Translations under genes and position numbers: made by a program
In this document: positions 12,352-24,607 of the stretch, piece after piece
Layout: each line of letters starts with the position of its first letter
Numbering within the stretch: the first letter of the stretch is position 1
NCBI RefSeq assembly: GCF_902459465.1
Contig: NC_047071.1
Coordinates: 18,786,001 to 18,850,000, forward strand
From: Asterias rubens
Lineage: Eukaryota
Direction: 5' to 3'
Length of the DNA: 64,000 nt
The notes under the pieces: generated by a model
Told to the model about the DNA's origin: nothing
Databases searched by the model: none
Seen by the model: the letters and a program-made list of their open reading frames with translations, nothing else

Positions 12352-12901
12352 ACTAATTTGTCAAAAACTACAACACCACAGCAAGTAATGTTTTAGGGGA
12401 AGCTTTCAACTATCATTATCTTCAAACTGTTTAAGTTTAGTGTAAATCTGTGGACACGATGGTGTGTCGTCGTCGTCAAAAACCCCTATTCAATTACGCA
12501 CGTTCGTTTGAACGAAATTCTTAAACCTTCGTACTTTGTCGCGTGCAAAGTATATGGGCCCGGAACTCGGTTAGATTGTTATGGGTTCTGAACGATGGTG
12601 GGAAAACAGAATGAGTAGACTTCCTCTCAAGAAGTCACAACTCATGATAGTTACATACTGTATGGCATTTACCAAAGAGAATATTTAACAATAACATGGA
12701 AGCGACTGCATCCAGTTATGTTAAAATGAAGATTACGTAGCTAATTAATTAAGATTTTTTAATTTTGTTTACATTTAGAGTAAAGCTTATGTTCTAAGCT
12801 TCAATTTGGTATATGATTTCACTCTTCTGAACTTATGGTCTGAGAGAATAGACTTAAATAAAGAGCGTGTACAAATGCTATGCGGTTTTGGCGGAAACAA
12901 A

Positions 12902-12902
<1 letters not shown>

Positions 12903-12952
<50 letters not shown>

Positions 12953-13005
12953 TAATAAAAATCTCGACGAAAACAATACCTGTTCCGACGGTAGGTCGGA
13001 ACAGC

Positions 13006-13040
<35 letters not shown>
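12903..13040. repeat. (AAT)n microsatellites associated with the Helentron 5' end
   Basis: Pure AAT runs at about 12903-12948 and 13006-13037. Confidence 0.9.
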
Positions 13041-13041
<1 letters not shown>

Positions 13042-15257
13042 TAATAAAAATCTCGACGAAAACAATACCTGTTCCGACGGTAGGTCGGAACAGCTAATAA
13101 TAATGATAGACAACTTGCAAACTCGCCAAATTACCATACTGGGTTGATGACCTCTGTAAGAATAATCAAATACACTGTCAATCAAGATATCTTGAAGATA
13201 CGTCTGGTACTGGTCATTCTCATAGTATTTCAGACCTCCACAACGGTAAGGCCATCACAATTTTATTTTATTAAACAAATCCATCTTACATTATGGCCGG
13301 GCCAATAATAAGCCAGGTGCTATACGTGTATGACGATGAGAAAGCAACAACTACTGCAAACGGCAATCACAAAGGGTCATTATTTACTATGCTTAGAACA
13401 TCGGAACAATGCAACAAATGTTAATTTTAAGACCTTGGGGACTCATTTATGATGATAGACAAAAAAGGGTTAGACATTTTGTACATGAAGATAACATTGA
13501 CGTCAGCCAACCTTAATTAAATAAATATAATAACGATGTATTGACTAATTGGTAATTTGTGAAGTGCTCTCTAATAATTTTGAAACCCATTCAATTAATT
13601 TTTTACGAGCCAACCGTAACAATAGATATAATATTTTGTGGATTATATGGTAGAGAAAAAGCACACCGTAAATACGGTTATAGTGTTGCATGCATTGTAC
13701 TTTTAAGACACGTAGCCAGATAATTTGTGGCTTATGAAACCAGTTTTAGTTTCCTTTGTATTACCCTTCAGAACAAGTTTACTGTCATGCCATTAATGTA
13801 TACTGATATAAATGACGAGAGACAGCTCGTCCATGCAACTGTTAATTGAAATCGTCTTTGTTACCATTATGCTTTATCAGTTATAAACGTTCACAAAAAG
13901 AAAATAACAAAAGATAAAGTAACACAAAACAGCGATATTGTTGATCCCCAATGCAAAAATAACATTAATTAACTAGTGAAAGACAAACTAGGACACAAAG
14001 CATGCGCACAAACGTTCATCTGTGGAAAATAATGTTAATATACAAAAGCCAAATAAAGCAAAGGTTGTTGTCAAGATTTCTCACAATAATGAACAATGGG
14101 CCTGATAAAAGACACAAAAGTATGCACTAGATGTAGTTTCTGACAATGAAAGACATGTCAAGGTCTGTGTTAATTTGGTTGCAATGCGGTATAACTAAAC
14201 CATCCGGTATGTATCACAAAAACGCAAGGGGAAAGCCATGTTGGCACCAGCCACATGAAATAATACAATTACTATATAATAAACAAACTGTAATAAATTG
14301 CTTAATATATAAAGGGGGTAGGCCTGCACAATAGAACAGTATAACAGTTTTTATACGGTATTTTGTATTAAAAAAATATATATATAATAATTGATTTTTA
14401 AATCTTACTGATCACATTAACTTTATAACAAGTTTTCTGTTAAACTGTTCCCTCTGGAATGAGGTCATATTATTCGGAAAAAAAGAGGAAATCAAACATT
14501 TTAAATAAAAATGGCAACAGCTGATTTCAAAGTTTGCAACCAACAATGAAGTAAATGTGTTAAGACAAATTGCCAAAGCTTCGTTACTTCATGTTTGTAA
14601 TGTTCGCCTACACAAAACGTGAACACTTCCTCAAAACACTTTGTCAGATCTACCAATTCTGAACACCTTTAAATAATTATGACTTTTGTACGCAGTCGCA
14701 TCATGCAAGGGTAAACTGTTTCGTTATAAAGACACAACTTTAACAACAAGTGTTAACTATCCTCAAATCTTGTATTCGACATGCTCAAACACCTTAGATC
14801 CATTGATGCCGCGATTATTAATTGATATTTTAAATACTTTGTTTTTATACTGCTACATTACGGGTTAAACAAAAATATATATTATAATGGACACGAACAC
14901 AAGCACCTATCTTGCAACTGTGGACTTGGGTTGGACGAACCGTGAATCGATTGTTAATTAGCGGACTGATCTTCATTAACCTCAGAGAGGCTGTTTAATC
15001 AATATCACCTAAGGGGGAAACAAAACGAAACGGGAACAATACAACAAACATGCATTTTCCTTAATGTAAATGCCGTAGTTCGCCTTGGACGAATGGGGGT
15101 GGGGCTTGGTGTGGGGGGCATTTGGTGACCGAACAGCTTTTGTCTGTATTCGTCTTGTCTAAAAGGGTGCAAAACGTGTTGTAGGTTTGGCGATCACCAT
15201 TACTTTTCTCGGCAAGAATTGAATTTTAAAAGGGAATGTAACATTTAGTAATCGCTG

Positions 15258-15521
15258 TTAAAGTTAGTGGCATACGATGGTATAAAGTATACAATGTTTT
15301 ATCCCTCACAAATAATCTGAAAAGCGTTTCTGATAGTAACAATTCTCAGATTGTCAATCCCAATTGCAGACTTTTCTTCAAGCGTGGACATAACAGACTC
15401 CGGAATTTCGGGAATATTTCAATGCTACCACGTTTGGAATTGATAGTTCACATGTTAAAGTCGTATGGTATTTCCAATGAGACAGTGGGTTTCAATTACC
15501 AAACCTATCCAACCCCTTTAA
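15258..15521. mobile_element. Kolobok-like MITE, family 4 (second copy at about 52540-52735)
   Basis: TTAAAG...CCCTTTAA ends. The CTTC(A/C)AGCGTGGACATAA core is shared with the copy ending at TTAA 52732-52735. Confidence 0.5.
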
Positions 15522-16470
15522 GGCAAATATTTAGACTGGGGTTAATTTACTCATAGAGCACATCTCACACTTTTTTTTTTTTTTTTTTAAACAATTTACT
15601 ACTCTTTTTGTTTTATACACGAATTGAGCTGTTCATAATTTGTGTTATTTGCATACCATCGTATTGTACTCTCTCTTAATGTAAAAGAGTAAAAAAAAAA
15701 TCACTCTCTTTTCCGAGCGATGTCATTAATTTTTGCTCTGTTGACCGTGAAAGTCAATCGGTGTCACTCTCTTTTAGTGAAACTTTAAGAGGCTACTGAT
15801 GTATATAAGGGAATACTGTAAAACGTGCCCAATCCTGGCCATACATTTGTAAAGAGTAGAAGATATATACGAAATAAAGACAGGCATAAATAAAGCTAAT
15901 TACCTCTAGGTATTTTGAACAGTGATCGAACAGAAAGATCAAGTTGGAAGTTTTGACAAAACCCGTGCAGGGTGTATATATATAAATAGGTGGAGATACC
16001 AGGCCATAACACGTATTGGTTTCACTAGCCGATATGAGTTCAAAGCGCCGTCTAATGTGTTTTTTAATGACGGTATAATCACGAGGAATTGGCCTGGGGC
16101 TTGTGCTTATGTTCGCTTGTTAATATTAATGTATCGTCAATTATGCATGTGAATTGTATGTACCGTGGAGCATGGCTATGTTGATAAAGGTAGCCGAGAA
16201 GCTTTTTACTTATTATATTATAGTGCAATTTCTTTTTGGAAAGCAACACTGGTTTAGTCCTAAGAATTTAAACTGATCAGTTACTTGTGACCGAACAAAG
16301 CATTGTACCATCAAAATTCGTTCAAAAATGTGACTCGAATAGCTTGTTCCGGTTTATAATAAAACAGGTTGAACCCCATAGGCTTACAGCAAATTGTCTA
16401 TAGTAGTCGTTGTACATATGCATTATTTTGAACAAAAGATATACATACAAATAGTTTATACTGGTGTATA

Positions 16471-16786
16471 TTAAAGACTCTGCACACCTTTGGTAAGGGT
16501 CAAAGACCAGTCTTCTCACTTGGTGTTTATCAACACTCATATGGTCGTCGAAGTAGCGAAATAATAATGGAAGGAAAAAATACTCTTGTACAACAAAGTT
16601 GTGTGCTTTCGGATGCTTGATTTCGGGACCTCACAGTCTAATTTGGAGGTCTCGAAATAATATTCGAATAATTTAGTGGAAATGTAATTATTTATCGAAA
16701 ACTATGTTAATTCAGAGGGAGTCGTTTCTCACGATGTTGTATACTATCGACAGCTCTCCAACTTTGTATGCTAACAGTGCCTTTAA
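16471..16786 (+). mobile_element. Kolobok-like MITE family 1
   Basis: TTAAAGACTCTGCACACC...CAGTGCCTTTAA with family core and internal deletions. Confidence 0.8.
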
Positions 16787-17939
16787 ACATGATTAAAAAA
16801 ACACGTACCACACAGCCATTTTGTCTATAGTCAACGTGTGTAAATGTATGGTGACGGGTATTTATATCGTCCGTCCATTTGAGTTTGTGTGTGCAAAATA
16901 AACGGAGCTTGTTGGGACTAAATTAAAGGCCAAACACTGGGCCGAAAAAGGGAAGTCCGCAATATTGGTTTGTCAACTTGTGTGCTTGTGTGTAAACGGG
17001 ATTGCACGTTTGCCCTTGTGTTGTATTGGTTCAGAGCAGCAACAATTAATCCCAAATAATATGTTGCCAACTTGTTTACAGAAAGAATGAATTTGTACTT
17101 TCAAAGTGTATTTCGCAGTACAGGTCTTAATATTGTGGGAGTCAGTATTTTACACTTAGTATAATATCAAACCGATAAGCGGTCTTGCGGTGTGGGCGAG
17201 TTATAGGAGTGCATGGGGAGGGGCTCTAGAAAATGTTCTGCATGTAAAACTTCTGTCATTCTGGATTTGTTTAGGAAGAAATTAAATTTGAAACAATCGC
17301 TGACAGCAAAACACAAACAACATTGAGATAATTTATCGAGATTCGTTGGCGAGGGTGGCTGGTGAAGAGATCGAAATAACTCTTTCCCACACATCACATT
17401 GATATAAGTCAAAAAGCAGGTATTTACTGTTTAAGTTTATTGTTAGTAATGTTTGTATATTGGTTGTGTGGTTGGGTCAATCTATGTCAGTCTATCAGCG
17501 TATCATTCTTTGGGTTTTTTTTTGTACAGAAAACGCAGAGAACAGCACAACAATAAAAGTTCAAGTGACTACTCTTCCAACCAGTATAGTAAACAAAAAA
17601 AGCAGATAACAACTCTTTCCTCCATCCAGAAATTTGAAAGCTACACTCAGTGTCTCTTAATTACATATTGGATGTTGTTGTCCGAGGAACTTATTACACT
17701 TGGGAGCTGTTTGCTTGATTGACTTCCTAGATGCAGGTGAAGCTACCTAATGAAGCCTTATAAGAACCGCCACCTTCCATCAATCAATTGATCAGCCGAC
17801 GAGGACAAGAAAGAAAGAAACAAAATGGTGTCCTTATCCGGATATTGGCTGGACACCCTTGTAGTCTTCTGACACTTGCCTATCTTCTCATAATTGTTTG
17901 TCTGTGGGGAATCGTAGTCGGCTTGACTCCATCAACCAG

Positions 17940-18200
17940 TAATCAATTTTATGCGGTAAATTAACAACACTTCTGTTGTTGATGTTTATTTCTGCTTTGC
18001 TACTGAAAATAATTGTATTTAGTCGGCTTCATTCCAGTAACCATTAATCAATTCATGAGGTAAATTAACAACACTTCTGTTGTTGATGTTTATTTCTGCT
18101 TTGCTACTGAAAATAATTGTATTTAGTCGGCTTTATTCCAGTAACCATTAATCAATTCATGAGGTAAATTAACAACACTTTTGTTGTTGATGTTTATTTC
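17940..18200. repeat. Tandem repeat, 104 bp unit, about 2.5 copies
   Basis: GGTAAATTAACAACACTT at 17955, 18059 and 18163; units nearly identical. Confidence 0.9.
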
Positions 18201-20665
18201 GTCTTCACTACGGGAAAAAATAGTTTTTGCCTCGAAGTTCGTTAAACTACAGGCAAAACCACGTTGTTGTGCGTTTTTTCGAAATGTTGGCTACAAGTCC
18301 GTATTGTTATACCCAAAGCACGGTGTCAAACATTTACTTCACTATAGTGTTATTGATGTCAGAGTAAGCATACGCAACGACAAATTACTTGGGGGAAAAC
18401 AGGAATGAAAATGGTTCTTTTATAACTAATTACAACTTAAATAATTGTTATCAACAACAACACAACATTGTTGGTAAGGTTACAGTCACCACCAACACAC
18501 AAACTAACATATTAATAAACTTAGGAAACGGGTCAATCTACATTGTTGATAATAATGGTTCTAAAACTAGCTAGACACCGAAACAAATCAAAAAAAAAAA
18601 AAAAAAAAAATCAAACACAGTCGTTGAAACTACCGTGTAAGCTGAAACAGTGTGATGCCAAAAATAGTGCGCACAATTGAACTGTGTTATGATTGGGGTT
18701 GAATAGTAATGCACTGTGCAATTGAGCACTGTCGTGTGAAGTGGTAGAGAGCACAAATTGGGGCATTTTCCTCGGAGGGGGAAGTATTGAGTTTACTAAA
18801 CGTCGTGTACTAAAACAACTAAAAACACTTTAGATGACAGAGACCCTTTATTTATTGTTTCTCTCTTGTTTCAGTGTTCTTCTCGTTCTGGGGGTAAGCT
18901 TTTAACTACACGGAGTTTGAAAATGGGGCAAATTATGTTATTTTTTAGTTTCCAGTGAAACAGTTGTTCGATCCGTGAAAACAAAATATGAATACATTAC
19001 CACCATAGGGTGTTCACATTATGTACTGTTTGTAAGATTTATTACATCGACATAATTTTAAAACACATTTGCTTTTCGGTAACAGTGTAAATTTCTTTTG
19101 CAATTAAAACACCCCAGTTTCTGCAGTATTGTGTCGAGGGAACGGATGAAACAAAATGGCATTGCAGGGGAACGAAATAATATTTCGAGGGAGTAAAATC
19201 ATATCAACAATTTGAGGGAAACAAATTACTGGTCCGTGTGAGCGAACCATAGACAATGTCCCTTTGCTGAACATTAAAAGTTGTATCTGAGTTTATTACG
19301 AGCCTATATTTTAGAGAATGTCATTCCTAGCAAAACCTCTGCCTATTGGGCTTGAAAAGCACTTTCTGATATTTAATTTTATTATGTAGGAGCTGTAGAA
19401 AAATAATAAATGTCACTGACAGTAATACTATAATAACGTCAGACAATGTGAGAATCACGCTGTGTGCGTTGGTCCGTACTGTTGAATTCCCAATTGGTGA
19501 TGAGATTGTATGATGGTTGAGAGGATGAACTGCCTGTAGTGTCACTCAGTCCAACAATGTTCAGAATAACTATCTACGCATGAATGTCATAACAATATGG
19601 AGAATATAGAAAACTGCTCAACATAGCTCATTGCAAACGATTAGGCACCACGAAAGCATAACGACGCCCCATCAACGCTAGACGGTAATCTGCCGAAGGA
19701 TATATGCGATATTGGGAATTTGTGATCGAGATTTAAATAAAAAGACATTATAGTGAAACCCGAACGACATCATTTTGCCGTCTTAGGAGGAAATTGAAAT
19801 CAATCAAATATTAGGCCATATGTTGGCAATGACTGCAATCGGAAGCTTTGTGACCGCATTGTACATGGATCTCTTGATGTTTAACACCTTGGTAAGGGAC
19901 ACACTGTACTATGTCGTTGTAAGATATTAAAAAGAAGTATAAAAAACACCGGTTTTATTAAACTATATGCGTCTGGTTAGGAACGACTCCACGTAAGTAT
20001 CAGAAACCTTAAATTACATTAACAGAAACTTCCCAATCGCCCAATGTTTGCTTGTTCGTCTACCATCGTTTAGAACAGGCAGTACATGTGGGATTTAATT
20101 CAATTGTGTATAGCACGGGTAAGGGCAATATTTAAGACTAAGCATCAATTCTGGAACGTATTCCTTTTCCAAAGGTTAACTCTTCTACTTCCACTACACA
20201 TATTTTGTCAGAAACGGGCTTATCCCATTGCTCACAGAGATGCTATTTTTTTCTTTTTTTTTTACGTTTGCAGTTTCTTTTAGATGACTTTTCTTCCCAG
20301 CGTATCACCACTCGCTAGCATGATTAGATTTATACAATACACATTTTTAAGATTAGCCGACAAATACTTGGAGTGGATTCAACTACCGGATTCACCCAAT
20401 CAAGTAAAACACAATATTTAGATTTGAACAAACAAAAACCGATACCTGGATGTGAGGTAAAATGTTTCTTCAAACAAGGCAAGCGACTGTCTCAGATGCA
20501 CCGACCTCATCGTTACCATTGAGTGATTCTAGATTGATTGAAATGATTATCCTATAGATAATTAAATTAAAATATCCCATGGCTGTACCATAAGACAAAA
20601 GCCCTGAGGATTCCGACATCGAGTCTTGACGGGTAAGACTAGTTTCTGTGCTGCGGTTTCGGCCA

Positions 20666-20690
20666 AGAGAGAGAGAGAGAGAGAGAGAGA
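20666..20690. repeat. (GA)n microsatellite
   Basis: Pure GA run. Other simple repeats: (CA)n about 992-1010, (TTTG)n about 25910-25980, (TTTA)n about 36308-36345, poly-T 34483-34510 and about 52453-52484. Confidence 0.9.
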
Positions 20691-21350
20691 GGGAGCTTTC
20701 ACTCACTTAGTCGAATTGAACTCATTCTGTTTCAATTACTCAACTAAGAAGCGTTTCTTCGATAACCGACGTCTCAATTACCAAGTTGAGATTGCAAACT
20801 TTTATAAGATCGCCGGTCGGAACTGCTTTCCGTGGCTGTGAATCGTGGCGTTTTTCTCACCGTGAGGTGTTTTTGAGATAAATTGCAGGAGGGCGAGGTA
20901 TCGATAACGTTTGCCTGACGACTTCATTATAGTGAGGAGAATGACGCGGTGTTCTTCAAAACACATCCTGTCGTGGGGTAAAGACAAAGGGTCTTGTGGA
21001 ATCCGAAGCGATTATCGGAATAATGCATCCGTATAAGGCAGCTCGATCTGTATATTTATATATTACTCTTTTGTTTATCCTCAGTATTTTTTTCTTTTGG
21101 ACACGTCACGCTATCTGAAGTGATGATTAGTCTTAAAAGAAGACGTCAGGTTAGCTTTCATGAACTCAGTCAAGTGCCTGGTGAGCACTACCGACATGAG
21201 ATGATGAAAACGTTTCAAGTTGTTTGCAAGATATGTCGGGTTGGTGTCTCAGGTTAATGCATTGAAGGGTAGTTGTACGCTCTCTTGTCAGTTTGATTTA
21301 TTCTGTATGATGCATATTCGCCGCTCTAGCATGAAATAAACATCATAACT

Positions 21351-21682
21351 ATTAAAAGGTACTTTAACGTTTGGTACAGTGTTAAAGACCAGTACTCTCA
21401 CGCATAAATTAGCAAATCTGTGCAAATGTGGGCTCAATTGGTCATCGAATTTGCAAGAGAACAATTAAAGAAAAAACGCCCTTGTTCAATTACTTTGTAA
21501 TAAAGTATTTCGATATTTTTTGAGTGAGAAATTTCTTCTTTCTCAAAAACTACGTAACTTCAGAGGGAGCCGTATCCTCAGAATGTTTTATACTATCAAC
21601 AGCTCTCCATTACTCGTTACCATGTAAGTTTTCATGCTAGCAAATATTTTGAGTAAGTACTAAGCAAAGCCAGAGCCTCTAA
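21351..21682 (+). mobile_element. Kolobok-like MITE family 1, diverged
   Basis: AAAGACCAGTACTCTCAC...CAGAGGGAGCCG...TTACTCGTTACC core; ends degraded. Confidence 0.7.
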
Positions 21683-22214
21683 ATAATCATTGTAACTTTT
21701 AAGGAAGCCTGTGTGCCAATTTAACGGTTTCGTGTGGAATGTGTTTGTGCAGGATAGCGGTTATGAACTGAAGTATACATTATTTAATCGCCTTCTAATC
21801 AGCTAAAAATAACATTTTGAAAAAAAAAGAGAAAAACAAACTGGAAATAAATAAAGTTGAATAAATACGATTCACCTCCCCCACTCACCATTCAAACTTT
21901 CGCTTCGCTGCTTTCTTGCATTCACGTATGGTCAATGTTTAATAATGATTGAAAGCAAATGACCACGGTGTTATGCTAGCAGAATAAATACATTCAAATA
22001 CTAATCATTTGAGAGTTGCAACATTGTATGGATAATTCTTGAGTAGGCGACTTCAATTCAAATATCACTCACATAATTCTCATTTCACTGCCTCTCACTA
22101 GTCAGTATAATACAGCTTACTCCCCCTCTGTTTTTTGTTTGTTTTATTATTATGTTGAGAACATTGAACCAGCTGTTGCAAACTGCCGCTTACCGAAAAA
22201 AAAAATTGCATGTA

Positions 22215-22415
22215 TATATTAATTTGTTTTTTACCCATACACTGATGTGTGTTAGCACTGTATACTCAGTACTTACCCAAGTTCTGTGAAAAAAAAAATC
22301 GCAGGCATGTTACTCGGGTGGGATTCGAACCCACTCCCATTGAAATGATAGAACAGTGTCTTACCAACTAGACTACAGAGGTTGCTCGGCAGCTAGAGTC
22401 AGTTCGAATCCTATG
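22215..22415 (-). mobile_element. tRNA-derived SINE
   Basis: Minus strand has A-box TAGTCTAGTTGG (22377-22366) and B-box GGTTCGAATCCC (22332-22321), followed by a non-tRNA body and an AT-rich tail. No complete acceptor stem. Confidence 0.75.
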
Positions 22416-24339
22416 TTTTGGCAGCGGGTACCGCAACGATGTAAGAGATGTTCAATTTGCATGTATATAGCTATAAATGCAAACATATGTAGTGGTCTGA
22501 CATTTCGACCACACCAGAGTCTTTCTCGAATAGGCTTTATGACAGCACAACGCGACACATCAACTGGAAATACGTGAACAGAGAGAGAGAGAGTGGGCCG
22601 GGGTAGAGAGTCAGACAGCAAACCACAACAAAGCAAGAGGTAAACAACGAGCGGGAAGACAAACGGCGTGAAGGGAAGAGGCTGGTTTGACCACAACAGG
22701 TAGGAAACATAAAGGGCAAGACGAAAGGTGGGAAGAGGAAGATTAAGTAATTAATTGGTGAAAGGGGCAGACTAAACAGGAGGATATATATGGGTTAAGG
22801 GAGAAGGCAAATACAAAAGGTTGTGAGTCATTTCATTGGTGGGTGTTTGGAACGTTGGTCGGGTCATGAGCTATATTTTGCAAAGTATTGATATTTTTGT
22901 TAATACCTATACCTTTTTTATAGTTTTGTTATGTACATACATATATATGAATATCTTTGTTATTATAAAAAAAAAAAAAATAAAAAAAAAAAATAACCAT
23001 TCATACCCTTGATAGTCAAGCACTGGCTTAGCATGGATTCGGGCCGTGGTGCCCTCCGTTGACATTCAGAATGGCGGCAAATACTTCCGGTTACCAATGC
23101 AAGAACATGAAGCCCCCAAAGACCACTTGCCAAATTCTCATTATTGCAAATTGAACCGAATCGTGACGGCATGCGACACGTCTTGTATTCCACTACAGTA
23201 CGGCCCCGATCCCATCTCGTTTCCGATTTCCCTGGGCAGACTAACTCGTTTAATTATTGTTTAATGAGGAATTATTTGTGAATTTATTTGCATGATTAAG
23301 TAAACATTATAGGGGAAATTACATCGAGATTGAACCAAAACGCAAAGTTGCTGATTGTATGTGAAATGGAAAGTGTCAGAGTACGTTGCTCTTACGCCTT
23401 GTCACATTAATATACATTAATATTTATAGTCGATTGTTCATGAACAATACATCGAATTCCATAAAAGGCAGTGAAATGCGAAATGAGTCCAAACTCAATT
23501 AAAGTCATTCAGTCGTGTGGAACAGTTTAATGATTCATTTTGCCTCCATATCCACCCCCCCCCCACACACACACACACAACCCTGTGTTGTGATCCCTTT
23601 GTGGACAATCCTTTGTTTTATAGACATAAGGAAACTCGTCATTTTCTTCACCACTGTACAGACACTATGTGGACGTGTGTTTAGTCCACACAGTGTTTAA
23701 AGTCCCTACCTTATGTGGAACTATTTTGTTCCCAGGTCAATACGTATTTAGCGAGAAAACACCCACACACACATTACGATCCGGTTTGTTGAGCCCTGCT
23801 ATTGTCATTGTATTATTCCCATTTCCAAAGTATTTCTGGAATTAAGTTTGAACAAAGAAACACCCTGTGGGGTTCATTGTTCCAATTTAGTAAAAACCCA
23901 CGAGAGCCCTTCCGTTAGCCCATACGCAAATTCACGAGCTATTTTTAGGGATAAATAAATGCTCTCAAGTCTTACTTGAACAGAAAGAGATAAATATAAA
24001 AATTCGATTGAATTGACATGGACGTCCTCTCAAATTACAGCATCGAAATATTTATTTATGGGGTGGAAAGGCGGCCTTTTGTCATCAGAGCTTTTTGGCG
24101 TTTCGCTCGCTTGTGTGACCTGGCAGTATGTTGCATTGCACATTATATGTTATCAAACTCCAACTTCGATGAAAAGGTGTGTTAGGAAGAAATTATCCGT
24201 ATATTCCCCTGTGAACCCTGCAAAGAAGAGCACTCTTAAAACGTCACGTATTCTCAACGAAACGATGGTTCGTTGGAAAAATGTATCCACCGGTAACCAG
24301 TAATACAGTCAGCAAAACAGCCAGGGCCCTATTGAGTGC

Positions 24340-24607
24340 TTAATGGCACTAGACACTACTGGCTGGTACTCTTCTCACTTGCTGTATCTCAACATATGCA
24401 TAAAATAACAAACCTTAGAAAATTTGAGCTAAATAGGTCGTCGAAGTTGTGAGATAATAATGGAAGAAAGAACACCCTTGTCACATGAGGTTGTGTGCTT
24501 TCAGATGCTTGATTTCGAGACCTCAAATTCTTAATAATTATGAGGTCTCGAAATCAAATCCCTGGAAAATTACTTCTTTTCTCGAAAACTACAGAGGGAG
24601 CCGTTTC
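24340..24607 (+). mobile_element. Kolobok-like MITE family 1, right end truncated
   Basis: TTAATGGCACTAGACAC left end, GAGACCTCA...TGAGGTCTC hairpin, stops after GAGGGAGCCGTTTC. Confidence 0.8.

Larger units (their letters stand above)
8909..13097 (-). mobile_element. Non-autonomous Helentron/Helitron2-like element (DINE-1/HINE architecture)
   Basis: Minus-strand 5' end: TT-AGCTGTTCCGAC-loop-GTCGGAACAG hairpin (13097-13069), then an (ATT)n microsatellite. Minus-strand 3' end: sub-TIR CGGAACAGCT (8949-8940), stem-loop GTGTTTGT-TC-ACAAACAC (8937-8920), then CTGG|TT. Segment 12760-12900 is homologous to 9570-9700 and 10180-10300. No Rep/helicase ORF. Confidence 0.72.

Noticed and set aside
12787-13185. 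Poly-Tyr/Leu and poly-Asn/Ile ORFs
   Set aside because: Translations of (AAT)n microsatellites at the Helentron end.
8985-18200. CRISPR-like appearance of the palindromic tandem arrays
   Set aside because: Eukaryotic context, no unique spacers of constant length and no cas genes.
22300-22400. Possible tRNA gene (also 37478-37550 and 37720-37800)
   Set aside because: A and B boxes are present, but there is no paired acceptor stem and they continue into SINE bodies.
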